Made by a program: the position numbers and the translations under genes. A stretch of 45,697 nt of DNA from Actinomycetes bacterium. Its GTDB lineage: Bacteria; Actinomycetota; Acidimicrobiia; Acidimicrobiales; JAKAOS01. This document shows positions 9,601-20,544 of the stretch, one piece after another; within the stretch, counting starts at the first letter, position 1, and the number at the start of each line of letters is the position of its first letter. The stretch covers positions 1-45,697 of the forward strand of contig JAKAOS010000003.1 of the NCBI GenBank assembly GCA_021823165.1, given 5' to 3'. A model generated the notes under the pieces. It had not been told where the DNA came from and searched no databases. It saw only the letters and a list, made by a program, of their open reading frames with translations.

Positions 9601-10041
9601 GCGTGTCTAGCCCTCCCACTCACCACGGAGAGTAGCGTTTTGGGAACCCGCGCGCCAGTGGCAAGGCCGAGAACCCCGGGCATGCCGCCGGGCGGCGGTA
9701 GCGGCCCGAGTTGGAAGGGCGCGATCACCCGGCGGGAATCAGCCGTCCCCGCCAGCAACCACCGCTAACCCCTCGGAATCCCGGAGGCGTCAGAAATCAA
9801 CCGAGTTCTGGCCGACCTAACGGCTCACAGGACCGGGCAAGCCAAAACAACAACGCCTTCAGTCCGACCGAGTCCGACAGGCACCCGGCCCGAAAGGGGC
9901 CCAGTATCCCGCCCCCATTGCATGCCTTGAAAAGGACTTCGGCCGGAACAGGCCAGCGCCGACGGGACCGGCAGGATTTCCACCCCCCTGCCAAGCCATA
10001 GGGCTCAGGATTCGCCGGGTGCAGAGCCCCTCATTGGTTGC

Positions 10042-11286
10042 CTAGCCGGCCGCGGCCGCCAGGTCCGCGAAACGAGCGATGCCCTTGGATATGTCTTCCT
10101 CGCCCAAGGCGTAGGAGAAGCGCAGGTACCCTGGGGCTCCGAAGGCCTCTCCTGGGACAACGGCCACCTTTTGCTGCTCCAGCAGTACCTCGGCCACTGC
10201 CATGGAGCTGTCACATACGACCCCGCCCAGCTTCCGGCCCAAAAGGCCCTTGACCGAAGGGAAGGCATAAAAGGCACCCTCGGGCTCCAGGCATTCCACA
10301 CCATCCACATCGGAGAGAAGGCCCCAGATGAGCTTCCGGCGCCGGTCGAATGCCTCCCGCATCGGACGAGCCAACTCCGGCCCTCCCGCCAATGCCGCCA
10401 GCGCAGCACGCTGGGAGACATTGGCGACGTTTGACGTCTGTTGCGACTGAAGGTTCACCGCAGCCTTCACAATGTCCTCCGGGCCGACCATCCAGCCCAC
10501 CCGCCATCCAGTCATGGCATAGGTTTTTGCGACCCCGTTCAACAACACCGTCCGGTCCTCGAGTTCGGGCACCAGCCTGAGCAGAGAGGGGCGTTCTCTC
10601 CCCCCGTAGACGAGGTGTTCGTATATGTCGTCCGATATCACCCACAGCCCCGTCTCGGCTGCCCAGCGGGCGATGGCGGCGAGTTCCCCTTCGTCGTAGA
10701 CGGCACCGGAGGGATTGGAGGGAGATACCAACACAAGCGCCTTGGTCCTGGCACTCCTGGCAGCCTCTAGGTCCTCGACTCCAACCTTGAAGCCCTTGTC
10801 GTGCTCTGCCAGCACCGGGACCGGAACACCGCCCGCCAAAGAGATGAGTTCTGGGTAGGTGGTCCAATAGGGGGCCGGGAGTATTACCTCGTCGCCGGGG
10901 TCCAACAGGGTCGCAAAGGCATTGGCAACTGCATGCTTGCCACCATTGCTGACAAGCACCCGGGAGGGAGAAACGCTTATCCCAGAGTCCCGCAGCGTGG
11001 CGGCGGCAATCGCCTCCCGCAGTTCGGGAAGCCCCGCCGAGGGCGTGTAGTGGTGATTTCGGGGATCGGCACAGGCCGCCTGGGCTGCGGCTACCACAAC
11101 CTGGGGAGTTGGGAAGTCCGGCTCCCCTGCGCCGAAGACGACCATGTCCTCCCCGGCGGCCGCCATGGCCTTTGCCTTGGCGTCGATGGTGAGGGTCGCC
11201 GAGGGAGAGATGGCCGACACCTTGGCCGAGACCCTTCGTGCCGAGTTTTGGGAAATGGGGAAATATGATGCGGAGTTACTCGCCAT
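10042..11286 (-). CDS. PLP-dependent aminotransferase class I (aspartate aminotransferase-like)
   Basis: [52 protein letters not shown]; start trimmed to ATG 11286 because the longer ORF overlaps serC. Confidence 0.92.
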   Translation of the reverse strand: MASNSASYFPISQNSARRVSAKVSAISPSATLTIDAKAKAMAAAGEDMVVFGAGEPDFPTPQVVVAAAQAACADPRNHHYTPSAGLPELREAIAAATLRDSGISVSPSRVLVSNGGKHAVANAFATLLDPGDEVILPAPYWTTYPELISLAGGVPVPVLAEHDKGFKVGVEDLEAARSARTKALVLVSPSNPSGAVYDEGELAAIARWAAETGLWVISDDIYEHLVYGGRERPSLLRLVPELEDRTVLLNGVAKTYAMTGWRVGWMVGPEDIVKAAVNLQSQQTSNVANVSQRAALAALAGGPELARPMREAFDRRRKLIWGLLSDVDGVECLEPEGAFYAFPSVKGLLGRKLGGVVCDSSMAVAEVLLEQQKVAVVPGEAFGAPGYLRFSYALGEEDISKGIARFADLAAAAG

Positions 11287-11304
11287 ACCTGCCATGCTTG
11301 CACA
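11287..11304. promoter_or_regulatory. Candidate bidirectional leaderless promoter
   Basis: 18 nt between divergent start codons; overlapping -10-like hexamers CATGCT (+, 11293-11298) and AAGCAT (-, 11299-11294). Confidence 0.5.
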
Positions 11305-12435
11305 GTGACCGAAACCCAACCACACCAAATACGTATACCCGACTCTATGCTTCCGGCCGACGGCCGGTTTGGGTCTGGGCCGTCCAAGGTGAGGCAACAG
11401 GCCGTGGCCGCCCTGGCCGAGGCAGCACCCCACTATCTCGGGACCAGTCACCGGCGTCCCGCCGTAAAGTCCATGGTGGCCAAGGTGCGTTCGGGGCTGC
11501 GGGAGCTGTTGGCGCTTCCCGATGAGTACTCCGTAGTGCTGGGCAACGGCGGCGCCACCTCCTTTTGGGACGTAGCCACCTTCTGCCTCATCGACTCCAA
11601 GAGTCAGCACCTCTCCTTCGGCGAGTTCTCCTCCAAGTTCGCCGCAGCCGCCAAGGCGGCCCCCCACATCGGCGAACCCGAGGTGATCACCTCGGCCCCC
11701 GGCACCCACCCGTTGCCAGTTACCCAAAACGACATCGACGTCTACGCCTTTACTCACAACGAAACCTCCACTGGCGTTGCCATGGAAATCAAGCGGCCCT
11801 CCGGCGCCAGTGGGCTCGTGGTGGTCGACGGCACCTCCGCTGCGGGCGGGCTGCGGGTCGATGCGGCCGAGTTCGACACCTACTACTTCTCACCCCAAAA
11901 GGCCCTCGCCTCCGAGGGTGGGCTATGGGTGGCAGCGATGTCCCCCGCCGCGGTGGAAAGGGTCGCCAGCATTGCCGCTTCGGGGCGCTGGGTGCCGGCA
12001 AGTTTGGACCTCTCCATCGCGATCGACAACTCTGCCAAGGACCAGACCTACAACACACCGGCTCTGGCCACCTTGTTCCTCATGAATCACCAGATCGAAT
12101 GGATATTGGAAAACGGGGGACTCGAGTGGGCCGCGTCCCGCTGCGACGCTTCGGCCGAAGCCATCTACGGCTGGGCCGAGAAGGTCAGCTACGCAAGCCC
12201 CTTTGTGGCCGAACCGCTGGAACGGAGCCACGTGGTGGCAACCATCGACTTCGACTCCTCCGTCGATGCCGCCGCAGTCGCCAAGGTGCTCCGCTCCAAT
12301 GGGATCCTGGACACCGAGCCCTACCGCAAGCTCGGCCGCAATCAGTTGCGGGTGGCGCTGTTCCCCGCGATCGAACCCTCCGACGTGGCCGCGTTGTGCG
12401 AGTGCATCGATCACGTGGTATCGGCACTTTCCTGA
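11305..12435 (+). CDS. serC: Phosphoserine aminotransferase (actinobacterial type)
   Basis: [52 protein letters not shown]. Confidence 0.95.
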   Translation: MTETQPHQIRIPDSMLPADGRFGSGPSKVRQQAVAALAEAAPHYLGTSHRRPAVKSMVAKVRSGLRELLALPDEYSVVLGNGGATSFWDVATFCLIDSKSQHLSFGEFSSKFAAAAKAAPHIGEPEVITSAPGTHPLPVTQNDIDVYAFTHNETSTGVAMEIKRPSGASGLVVVDGTSAAGGLRVDAAEFDTYYFSPQKALASEGGLWVAAMSPAAVERVASIAASGRWVPASLDLSIAIDNSAKDQTYNTPALATLFLMNHQIEWILENGGLEWAASRCDASAEAIYGWAEKVSYASPFVAEPLERSHVVATIDFDSSVDAAAVAKVLRSNGILDTEPYRKLGRNQLRVALFPAIEPSDVAALCECIDHVVSALS

Positions 12436-12466
12436 ACTGCTGACCCTCGATCTCGACGGCGATCCA

Positions 12467-12812
12467 ATGGGCGCCACCTACCCCTAGCCGGCGCCTGCCG
12501 GTTGCTTGGTGGTGAAACGGGCCAACGGCGACGGGGTGAGCGGGAGGAGGCTTCGGTGGACCCTGCGGTCGCCTTCAAGGCCCTCGCGGACCCCGTCCGG
12601 CTCGGGCTCCTCGGCGAGGTCGCGCATGGGTCAGCTTTGTGCATGTGAACTTGTCGATGCAGCGAGCCGGAGCCAGCCCACCGTCAGCCACCACCTGCGG
12701 GAGGCGGGACTGCTGCACGCCAACAAGCGCGAAAGCTGGATGTGGCACTCGGTTGCAACAAGGCGCATCGAGGCCGTGATAAGCGGCCTCGATGCTCTCG
12801 TTCCCGCCCCTC
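12467..12812 (+). pseudogene. ArsR/SmtB family regulator pseudogene
   Basis: FKALADPVRLGLL in one frame and LCACEL...SQPTVSHHLREAGLL in another (frameshift near 12630); about 3 codons missing after SHHL; early in-frame stop; boundaries approximate. Confidence 0.8.
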
Positions 12813-12814
12813 GG

Positions 12815-12871
12815 AGGCTCCAGAGCCGCTTCGGTCGGATATATAAGGAAACGGAATGCCTTCTCCGGCAT
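12815..12871 (-). mobile_element. N-terminal stub of an IS200/IS605 TnpB
   Basis: MPEKAFRFLIYPTEA resembles the K-A-[YF]-x-F-R-[IL]-Y-P-T start of TnpB; the rest is absent. Confidence 0.5.
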
Positions 12872-12895
12872 TGGGTTTTCATCTAGGCTGCGCGC

Positions 12896-13834
12896 ATGGC
12901 GACCAGGGGCACAGCCACCTCATCCCGCTCGCTGCCACCTGGACAGGGAGCGGCACTGGTTCTGTCCGGGGTCCACAAGAGCTTCAAGGAACTCCACGCC
13001 GTCAAAGGAATAGACCTCGAGGTGGCCCGGGGGGAGGTGGTCGCTCTCCTGGGCCCCAACGGAGCGGGAAAGACCACCACCATCGACATGGTGCTGGGAC
13101 TCAACCAGCCCGACAGCGGATCGGTCGAGGTCTTCTCACTCTCACCGCGACACGCGGTGGCCCGGGGGGCAGTCGCCGCAGTGCTGCAGAACGGGGGTCT
13201 GCTCAAGGATTTCACCGTTCAGGAAACCCTGAGATATGTGGCTGCCCTCTATCCCAACTCCCGCTCCGTCCCCGAGGTCACAGACCGGGCGGGATTGACT
13301 TCCATAGCGGACCGGCTGGTTGGCAAGTGTTCCGGTGGGGAGCAGCAGCGACTGCGCTTCGCAATGGCCCTTCTCCCCGATCCGTGGCTGCTCATCTTGG
13401 ACGAACCAACTCAGGGAATGGACGTGGAGGGACGCCGGAGGTTCTGGGAGTCGATCAGGAGCGAGGGGATGTCCGGGCCCACGGTGATCTTTGCCACCCA
13501 CTACCTGGATGAGGCCGACGCCTACGCGGATCGGGTGGTGCTCATGCGCAAGGGCGAAATTGTCGCCAATGGCACCGCCTCGGAGGTGAAAAAGAGGGCC
13601 TCGGGGCGGACTCTCCGGGCGACCTGGAGGGGAGCCCAACCCGATGCGCTGGCACATATTCCCGGTGTGGAGGCGGTCGAGATCCGGGGGGAGTCGGTAA
13701 TCATCCAGGCATCGGACACCGATGCAATCGCCCGCTTCCTTTTGAACCAGACCCCGGCACGAGACATCGAGATCACCTCCCGCAGCCTCGAAGACGCCTT
13801 CATCGCGCTGACCTCTGAGGATGTGACACGGTGA
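12896..13834 (+). CDS. ABC transporter ATP-binding protein (ABC-2/DrrA-like exporter)
   Basis: GPNGAGKTT, SGGEQQR, LILDEPT, H-loop ATHY; TAGGCT 6 nt before ATG. Confidence 0.93.
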   Translation: MATRGTATSSRSLPPGQGAALVLSGVHKSFKELHAVKGIDLEVARGEVVALLGPNGAGKTTTIDMVLGLNQPDSGSVEVFSLSPRHAVARGAVAAVLQNGGLLKDFTVQETLRYVAALYPNSRSVPEVTDRAGLTSIADRLVGKCSGGEQQRLRFAMALLPDPWLLILDEPTQGMDVEGRRRFWESIRSEGMSGPTVIFATHYLDEADAYADRVVLMRKGEIVANGTASEVKKRASGRTLRATWRGAQPDALAHIPGVEAVEIRGESVIIQASDTDAIARFLLNQTPARDIEITSRSLEDAFIALTSEDVTR

Positions 13835-14616
13835 ATCTCGCCCCCGATACCGACCACCGGGGCCTTGGCTTTGTAGGACTCAGCCCGGCGATTTTGGCCC
13901 TTGACGTGCGCAGGATGCTACGCAACCGGCGCACCGCCATCTTCTCTCTGGTGATGCCGGTGATCTTCTTCCTCATATTCGGGACCAACAGCGCATTTGC
14001 CAAGATCAAAGTCGGAACCGGCAACGTGTCTGCCGACGTGATGATCTCCATGGCGCTGTATGGAGCGGTGCTTTCCACCGCCAGCGCGGGTGCGATGGTA
14101 TCGATAGAGCGGGCGGCGGGATGGAGCCGCCAACTCCGGATCACCCCCCTTTCCCCCTTCGCCTACATTGCCGCCAAGATGCTGGTCGCCCTGCTTCTCG
14201 GGGCGGTGTCGGTGGCATCTGTCTATGCAGCGGGCGCCATAGTCGGGGACCCTTCGCTCCCGGTCCAGGACTGGGTCCTGACGGCGATCTTTGCATGGGC
14301 GGGATCGGTGCTATTCGCAGCCTTCGGCCTCTTCGCCGGCTACCTGCTCCCCTCGGAGAACGTGATGCAGATCATGGGATTCGCCCTGATGCTCTTTGCA
14401 TTCGGCGGCGGGCTTTTCATCCCCTTGAGCCAGTACTCCCCCACCCTTCGCACCATTGCAGAGTTCACCCCCCTCTACGGCCTCAGCCAGATCGTCCACT
14501 ACCCCCTATTTGGCAAGGGCTTCGACTGGGTTTGGGTGCTCAACCTCCTGGTCTGGCTCGCCATATTCTCTGCCGGGGCTACCTGGCGCTTCCGCCGGGA
14601 CACCGCCAGGGTCTGA
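13831..14616 (+). CDS. ABC-2 type permease
   Basis: Six hydrophobic segments, ER..GW.RQLRITPL motif, GTGA overlap with the ATPase. Confidence 0.9.
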   Translation: MNLAPDTDHRGLGFVGLSPAILALDVRRMLRNRRTAIFSLVMPVIFFLIFGTNSAFAKIKVGTGNVSADVMISMALYGAVLSTASAGAMVSIERAAGWSRQLRITPLSPFAYIAAKMLVALLLGAVSVASVYAAGAIVGDPSLPVQDWVLTAIFAWAGSVLFAAFGLFAGYLLPSENVMQIMGFALMLFAFGGGLFIPLSQYSPTLRTIAEFTPLYGLSQIVHYPLFGKGFDWVWVLNLLVWLAIFSAGATWRFRRDTARV

Positions 14617-14936
14617 GCCCCATTTGGGTGTTGGCGACAAGCATCTTCCACTCCGCCACCGGCCTGGGCGCTTAGCTACTGAAACACTCCCGTCCTTGGG
14701 AATTACGATCCAAGGCCGTCCCCACTACAGGCGCCCATTGGGCTTTGTCCTTCAAAAGCAACTGCAAATAAGACCGAGGTGGATGGATCATTTGAGGGCA
14801 CGGGTGAAACCAAGGCAGGCTCTGGGTGCAGCCTTGGCTCAAATACGGATGTGGGCATTGGAGCTCCTGCGGCATCGCTGGGTGATACCAGTACCGGCAC
14901 CCCATCGGCATCCTCGATGTATCACCCACTGGCTGT

Positions 14937-15465
14937 TCAGCCCTGCATGAAAGCAACGATCTCGGTGAGTAGGAACCTCACCTTGGCCGGGATCGGGCGG
15001 CCAGGGTAGGCCTGGCAAACCAGGTCAAGCCCCTGATCCACGGTGGTGAAGCCGAGTTGGCGGTAAAGCAGGATGATGTCGTCGGCGTCTATCTCGGCGC
15101 GGGCAGCAAACAGCTTCATCGCCAGCAAATACCGAGGGGAGGCCACATCGACGATGAGGGAGTCACTCGCGTAGAAGCGCTGGGCATCCGGGTCGGGGCC
15201 CGGCAAGAACCCCTTGACCGCGTCGTTCAGCCAGTCCTCGGCGAGCCCCTCCCGCTCCGCTACGGAGGCGGCGGCCTTCCGGACGACGTCTGATGGGACG
15301 AAAACCGCGTCAAGGTCCCCGGTAGAGCGCGCAGCATCGTAGGCAACGGCAATGGCCGCCCCCCCCTACCAAAAAGAGTTCGCCCTTTGCACCGCGCTCG
15401 GCAAGTTCCTGCGACAAGTGCTCAAAAAGAGTGCGGATATCCTCACGCCCTAGGCCGACGGTCAT
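14937..15465 (-). pseudogene. DUF6036-like nucleotidyltransferase (putative toxin), +1 frameshift in a G8 tract
   Basis: MTVGLGREDI...LFLVGG, then after G8 (15359-15366) AAIAVAYDAARSTGDLDAVF...DWLND...LLAMKL; 529 nt = 3n+1; ATGA-coupled to upstream gene. Confidence 0.8.
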
Positions 15466-15878
15466 GTCCGCTCCAGCGCACCGCTGGTGATGAACACCCC
15501 GCGCCGGCGAAACGACGACGGCGACTCCACCATCGCCTGAGCGTGCAGGCCGGTCAGGTCGGTTACGAACCACCACGGCCATGCCTCCCGTTGGGGGAGC
15601 CTGGCCCAGGAGGGAACCCCCCAACCGTCCCTACGGGCCAAGTGTTCGGCCATAGCCGCGAACGCCGCGTCCACCCGGCTGTCTCCCGTGCTACTGGGTG
15701 CCTGGGCCCACATCCGGGACGCCGCTTCGGTGCCCGCGTGGCAAAGAACGCTCGTGTAGTCATCCAGCAGCTGGGCAAAGACATAGCGCCACAGCCTGCT
15801 AAGCCGCTCTCCACCCTCGAGCATGGCCCGAGCGCTGCCCGCTGCCTGGTCGGCCGACACAAACGCCCGCAATGCCAC
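15462..15878 (-). CDS. Hypothetical partner protein (putative antitoxin) of the nucleotidyltransferase
   Basis: DAAFAAMAEHLARRDG..VPSW...PWWF...ESPSSFRRRGVFI pattern; TAGCAT 6 nt before GTG; coupled to downstream gene. Confidence 0.7.
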   Translation of the reverse strand: MALRAFVSADQAAGSARAMLEGGERLSRLWRYVFAQLLDDYTSVLCHAGTEAASRMWAQAPSSTGDSRVDAAFAAMAEHLARRDGWGVPSWARLPQREAWPWWFVTDLTGLHAQAMVESPSSFRRRGVFITSGALERT

Positions 15879-16076
15879 CGCTTCATGCTACCGAACACCG
15901 CAAACACCGGGGGAAAGGTGGGCACCCGCCCATCAGGCCACAACCGAGGACAGCACCGCCGTCGTAATGCAGCGATACTCGGTCTGCAGGGTTTGTCCGC
16001 CGGGGCGATCCGGCCCTTTGCCCGGGTCCCATGCGGATGCCGGCGGCGATACAGCTACTGGTGTGGGTGCCGGTGA

Positions 16077-16541
16077 CTAGGCGACTTCCATGGCAAGCCC
16101 ACCGGTGGCCGAGGACAGGGCTTGGAAGCTGAGGGAGACCATCGTGTGTTCATCCCCACCGCCCGCCCACACCAAGGAGTATGAGGCGAGGGCCAAGTCC
16201 AACACCGTCTCGATCGGCTCGATGTGTCCCACCGGCGCCACACCCCCCACGACCTGGCCGGTCTTGGCGGCAACGAACGCTGGCGAGGCGGTGCGTATCC
16301 TTTGGGCCCCCAGGCGCTGGGACAACAGCCCAACATCCACCCGATGGGACCCACTGGCCACGACCAGCAGTGGCCGCCCATCGGCTTTGAACACCAAGCT
16401 GTTGGCGATCGCACCCAGGTCGCATCCCAATGCAGCAGCGGCTGCGGCTGCAGTTGGCACCGGGGTCTCGAAACTGCACATCCCAAAGGCCACGCCGGCC
16501 TTTCTCAATGCGACCTCGACCCTTTGGGCGGCCGGGCTCAT
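16077..16541 (-). CDS. YbaK/EbsC family aminoacyl-tRNA deacylase-like protein
   Basis: TAAAAAAALGC..GAIANSLVF, SGSHRVD, TGQVVGGVAPVGH, VWAGGG. Confidence 0.9.
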   Translation of the reverse strand: MSPAAQRVEVALRKAGVAFGMCSFETPVPTAAAAAAALGCDLGAIANSLVFKADGRPLLVVASGSHRVDVGLLSQRLGAQRIRTASPAFVAAKTGQVVGGVAPVGHIEPIETVLDLALASYSLVWAGGGDEHTMVSLSFQALSSATGGLAMEVA

Positions 16542-16593
16542 TGCGGCCCCCTGGGAGCTGTTTCGACGGCGATCGGACACATGGATTGTCCCT

Positions 16594-17280
16594 TCATCCG
16601 ATCCATTGTTGCCAGTCAAAGGAGGTGGCATCGCCATCGAAGAGAATGACGCCCTCCGCAAGGGCGACGCAGCGATCGGCCCTGTCCAAGTACTCCAGCT
16701 GGTGGGTGGCCATGACGATGCCCGCACCACTCGCCGCCGCCTCGTCCACCAGCGCTGCGAAGGCCTCCCTGCCAGCCTGGTCCAAACCCGAGAAGGGCTC
16801 GTCGGCCAGCAGTAGCCCGAAGGGGCGGATCATTGCCAGCGCTATGGCGACCTTCTGGCGGAGGCCACGGCTGAAGGTGGAAGCCAACTCGTCTTTGCGC
16901 TCCCACAGGCCGAGCCGCCCAAGAAGCTTCTCGGCCCTGGGCTGCCACCGCCTCGAGCCGTGCAGTCTCGCCACATATTCCAGCTGCTCCAACACGGAGA
17001 GGTCGTCGAAGAGTACCGGCTGGTCGGGCAAGTAGGAGGTGGCGGCCCGTGCCTCCATGGTCCCGCAGGCTGCCCCAAGCACCCGAGCCTCGCCACTGTC
17101 GGCCCCGGCCAAGCCTGCGGCGATCCGCAAAAGGGTGCTCTTTCCTGCCCCGTTGGTCCCCAACAGCGCCACTCGCTCCCCTCTCCCCACCGAAAGTGAC
17201 ACACCGTGGAGACCTACTCCAGAGCCGTAGTCCTTGACAATGCCCGACGCCAAAAGCGCAGGTGCGAGGGGCTCAGGCAT
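16594..17280 (-). CDS. ABC transporter ATP-binding protein
   Basis: GTNGAGKST, FSRGLRQK, LLLADEPFSGLD, ATH; start ATG 17280 with GGAG RBS. Confidence 0.9.
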   Translation of the reverse strand: MPEPLAPALLASGIVKDYGSGVGLHGVSLSVGRGERVALLGTNGAGKSTLLRIAAGLAGADSGEARVLGAACGTMEARAATSYLPDQPVLFDDLSVLEQLEYVARLHGSRRWQPRAEKLLGRLGLWERKDELASTFSRGLRQKVAIALAMIRPFGLLLADEPFSGLDQAGREAFAALVDEAAASGAGIVMATHQLEYLDRADRCVALAEGVILFDGDATSFDWQQWIG

Positions 17281-18862
17281 CCTCCATCTCTCCTTGCACA
17301 CGTCCATTCGCCTGCAACCAGCCCACGGTGGCCGCAGGAGCCAGCAGCACCACCGAGGCGCCGTATATCTCGCTGTCCAGCCCAAAGGCGCCGCTGTGGG
17401 CCGCATTGGCCCCCATCAGTACCGGGAGCACGCCCAAAAAGGCGATCCCCAAAGGTAGAAGCTCCCTAACCAGGACATAGGCACCCGCAACCTCCGACAT
17501 TCCGAGCAGCCTCACGTCGGCTCCCTGGGGTCGCACAATGCTTACCGCGGCTGCACTCAGTCCACATGCCACAGCCGGTAACAAAGCGACGCCGCCGATC
17601 ATTGCCACCTCTTGGGACCCACTCAACGCTGCCGCCATGGCCACTGCCACACACAACACCGCAGCCACTAAGGCAAAGGGAACAACCAGGTGTCGGAGGT
17701 AGAGCCAGCCGGAGGGCCGGGGCACCAGGGCAGTAAGAGAGGGGTGGTCGATCTCCTGGCCCAGTCCCTCTGACGCCTCCAGCGAAATCAGCCACAAAAA
17801 CACCGCCGCCAGCACCCCAATTGGGAGAGATATCCGCCACGCCGCCAGCAAGCAGGCCACCACCGCAGCCCCGAGGGCCCCCATGCGCACCAAGCGCCTG
17901 AGGGGCCACCGCAGAGCGCCGGCAATATCTCTTCCCAGCACTGCAGCGGCCGCACCGCCTCCGGGCCGGCGGTGGAAATACGGCGAGGACCGAGGGCGTT
18001 CGAAGTTGAGTTGGCGGCGCAGCAGTGCCACCGACCGCACGTCACGTGCCGCGGCCGCGTAGCGCAGTGCTCCCACCAGAGACGAGCGCAGTGCCAGCGC
18101 CTCGATGTCGGTGCCACCAACGGCCGCCAGCCCCGAGAGCGCGAGTACAACTGCAGCCACCGGGCCCAGGAGCACCACCACGAGAGGCGGGTGCCGCACC
18201 GGCCAGAGCGCCATCGCCCCGAGCAGACTCGATGGCGACGTTATGATCCCCAGCCAGCTGTCCACTGCCGACCATCCCACGACCACCACCGCAAGCAGGC
18301 TGGCCAGGGATGGCCGGATCCCCCAACCCGCCACCACCATCGCCGCACCCGATGAAGCCACCGCCGCCAGGGCCGAAGCCAGCGCCGCTACGGCCAGCCA
18401 AACCCCCGGCGATCCCGGCAGTCGCCTAAGGGCCACCATGCCGCACAACCCCCCGCCAACAGCCCCGAAATAAAACGACCTCCGAAGCGCCGACCTCGCA
18501 TGGATCCCAAGGGTGAGCCGACGGGAAATCGGAGCCGCCAGAACGTGGTGGATCTCTGCAGCCTCCAGGGCGAGGGGGCCGCCCCTGGCGCCGGAGAGGA
18601 CCCCAACCGACACCGCCACAGAAACCACAAGCCCCACCACTCCGGGGCCGTAACGGGACAGCACGGCCAAATCCGCCCCGGTGGCCGGGACTAGGCCACC
18701 CACCCCTGCGGCGAAGTAGGAGGAGACGCCCAGGGCCAGCCCGAAGAGGTAGATGCGGTAGAAGGCCTCGAAGGCGTCGATGTTCGCAACCCTTGTCCTC
18801 CGGCGTGCCCGCCGCATCGCCGCCAGGGCTGCCCTCGGCGCCTCCAATCCCCCCTCGGCCAC
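17273..18862 (-). CDS. Polytopic membrane protein, probable permease partner of the ABC ATPase (DUF6297-like)
   Basis: Roughly 12 hydrophobic segments; overlaps the ATPase start; start trimmed to GTG after the ilvC stop. Confidence 0.7.
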   Translation of the reverse strand: MAEGGLEAPRAALAAMRRARRRTRVANIDAFEAFYRIYLFGLALGVSSYFAAGVGGLVPATGADLAVLSRYGPGVVGLVVSVAVSVGVLSGARGGPLALEAAEIHHVLAAPISRRLTLGIHARSALRRSFYFGAVGGGLCGMVALRRLPGSPGVWLAVAALASALAAVASSGAAMVVAGWGIRPSLASLLAVVVVGWSAVDSWLGIITSPSSLLGAMALWPVRHPPLVVVLLGPVAAVVLALSGLAAVGGTDIEALALRSSLVGALRYAAAARDVRSVALLRRQLNFERPRSSPYFHRRPGGGAAAAVLGRDIAGALRWPLRRLVRMGALGAAVVACLLAAWRISLPIGVLAAVFLWLISLEASEGLGQEIDHPSLTALVPRPSGWLYLRHLVVPFALVAAVLCVAVAMAAALSGSQEVAMIGGVALLPAVACGLSAAAVSIVRPQGADVRLLGMSEVAGAYVLVRELLPLGIAFLGVLPVLMGANAAHSGAFGLDSEIYGASVVLLAPAATVGWLQANGRVQGEMEDA

Positions 18863-18875
18863 GACCGGACCCTGA

Positions 18876-19901
<1,026 letters not shown>

Positions 19902-20010
19902 GCGATCTCCTGTCTGATTGCATCCCCGGCGCTCCAGCCTGCAGCCGTCGGCACGTTAGCCGCTTGCCGGAGACGGTTGCCAAGGTATGGGTTCGGTCGC
20001 CGGAGAATAC

Positions 20011-20544
20011 TCAGGCGCTCCGGTCGGAGACCCTGCGCAGCCTGGGGGCGCGGGTCTCCAGCTTGGCCAGCGCAAGCTGGCCGCTGCGCTGCAACTCCAC
20101 GATTCCGAAGGGGCGGATCAACTCCTCGAAGTCATCCAACCGGCGCGGCTCATCGGCCAGGCACACCGTGAGGTGCTCCGGTCCCACATCTACCACCGTC
20201 CCTCCGAAGATGGCGACCAGCTCGGTCACCTGTCCCCTGGTCGTCGCCGAAGCGGTGACCGAAGCCATCAGCAGCTCCCGCTCCACCGCATCCGATGGGT
20301 CCAGTTCGGTGATCTTCAAGACGTTTACCAGCTTGTGAAGTTGCTTGACGATCTGTTCCAGCGGAGCGGACTCCACGTCCACCACCACGGTGATCCTGCT
20401 GAAGCGCTCGTCGTCGGTCGGAGCGACCGCCAGCGAGAAGATGTTGTAACCCCTCCGGGAGAAGAGCCCTGCGACCCTTGCCAAGACGCCCGAACGGTTC
20501 TCCACCAGAACAGAAAGGATGTGCCGGCGTTGCTGGTCTGCCAT
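20011..20544 (-). CDS. ilvN: Acetolactate synthase small subunit
   Basis: HILSVLVEN..GVLARVAGLFSRRGYNI.SL ACT domain, EQIVKQLHKLVNV. Confidence 0.97.
   Translation of the reverse strand: MADQQRRHILSVLVENRSGVLARVAGLFSRRGYNIFSLAVAPTDDERFSRITVVVDVESAPLEQIVKQLHKLVNVLKITELDPSDAVERELLMASVTASATTRGQVTELVAIFGGTVVDVGPEHLTVCLADEPRRLDDFEELIRPFGIVELQRSGQLALAKLETRAPRLRRVSDRSA

Noticed and set aside
9955-9995. GGTGGAAATCC...CGGTCCCG on the minus strand, resembling a cobalamin riboswitch core
   Set aside because: Lacks the GGGAA and GCCACTG/ACTGT elements, and the downstream gene is unrelated to B12
11287-11757. N-terminal extensions in the ORF track (aminotransferase; also gatC, ilvD, TetR, GT4, YbaK, IMPase)
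   Set aside because: They overlap neighbouring genes or lack family similarity; downstream starts have -10 or RBS support
14672-15009. Short ORFs in the structured intergenic region
   Set aside because: No RBS, conflicting frames and no protein-like features
14674-16074. 8-bp direct repeat (AGCTACTG) and 10-bp inverted repeat (ACCGGCACCC) flanking the nucleotidyltransferase module
   Set aside because: Too short to exceed chance in GC-rich DNA; no recombinase nearby
15462-16541. Functional link between YbaK and the nucleotidyltransferase module
   Set aside because: Separated by about 200 nt, and the module has its own -10 box; adjacency alone is insufficient
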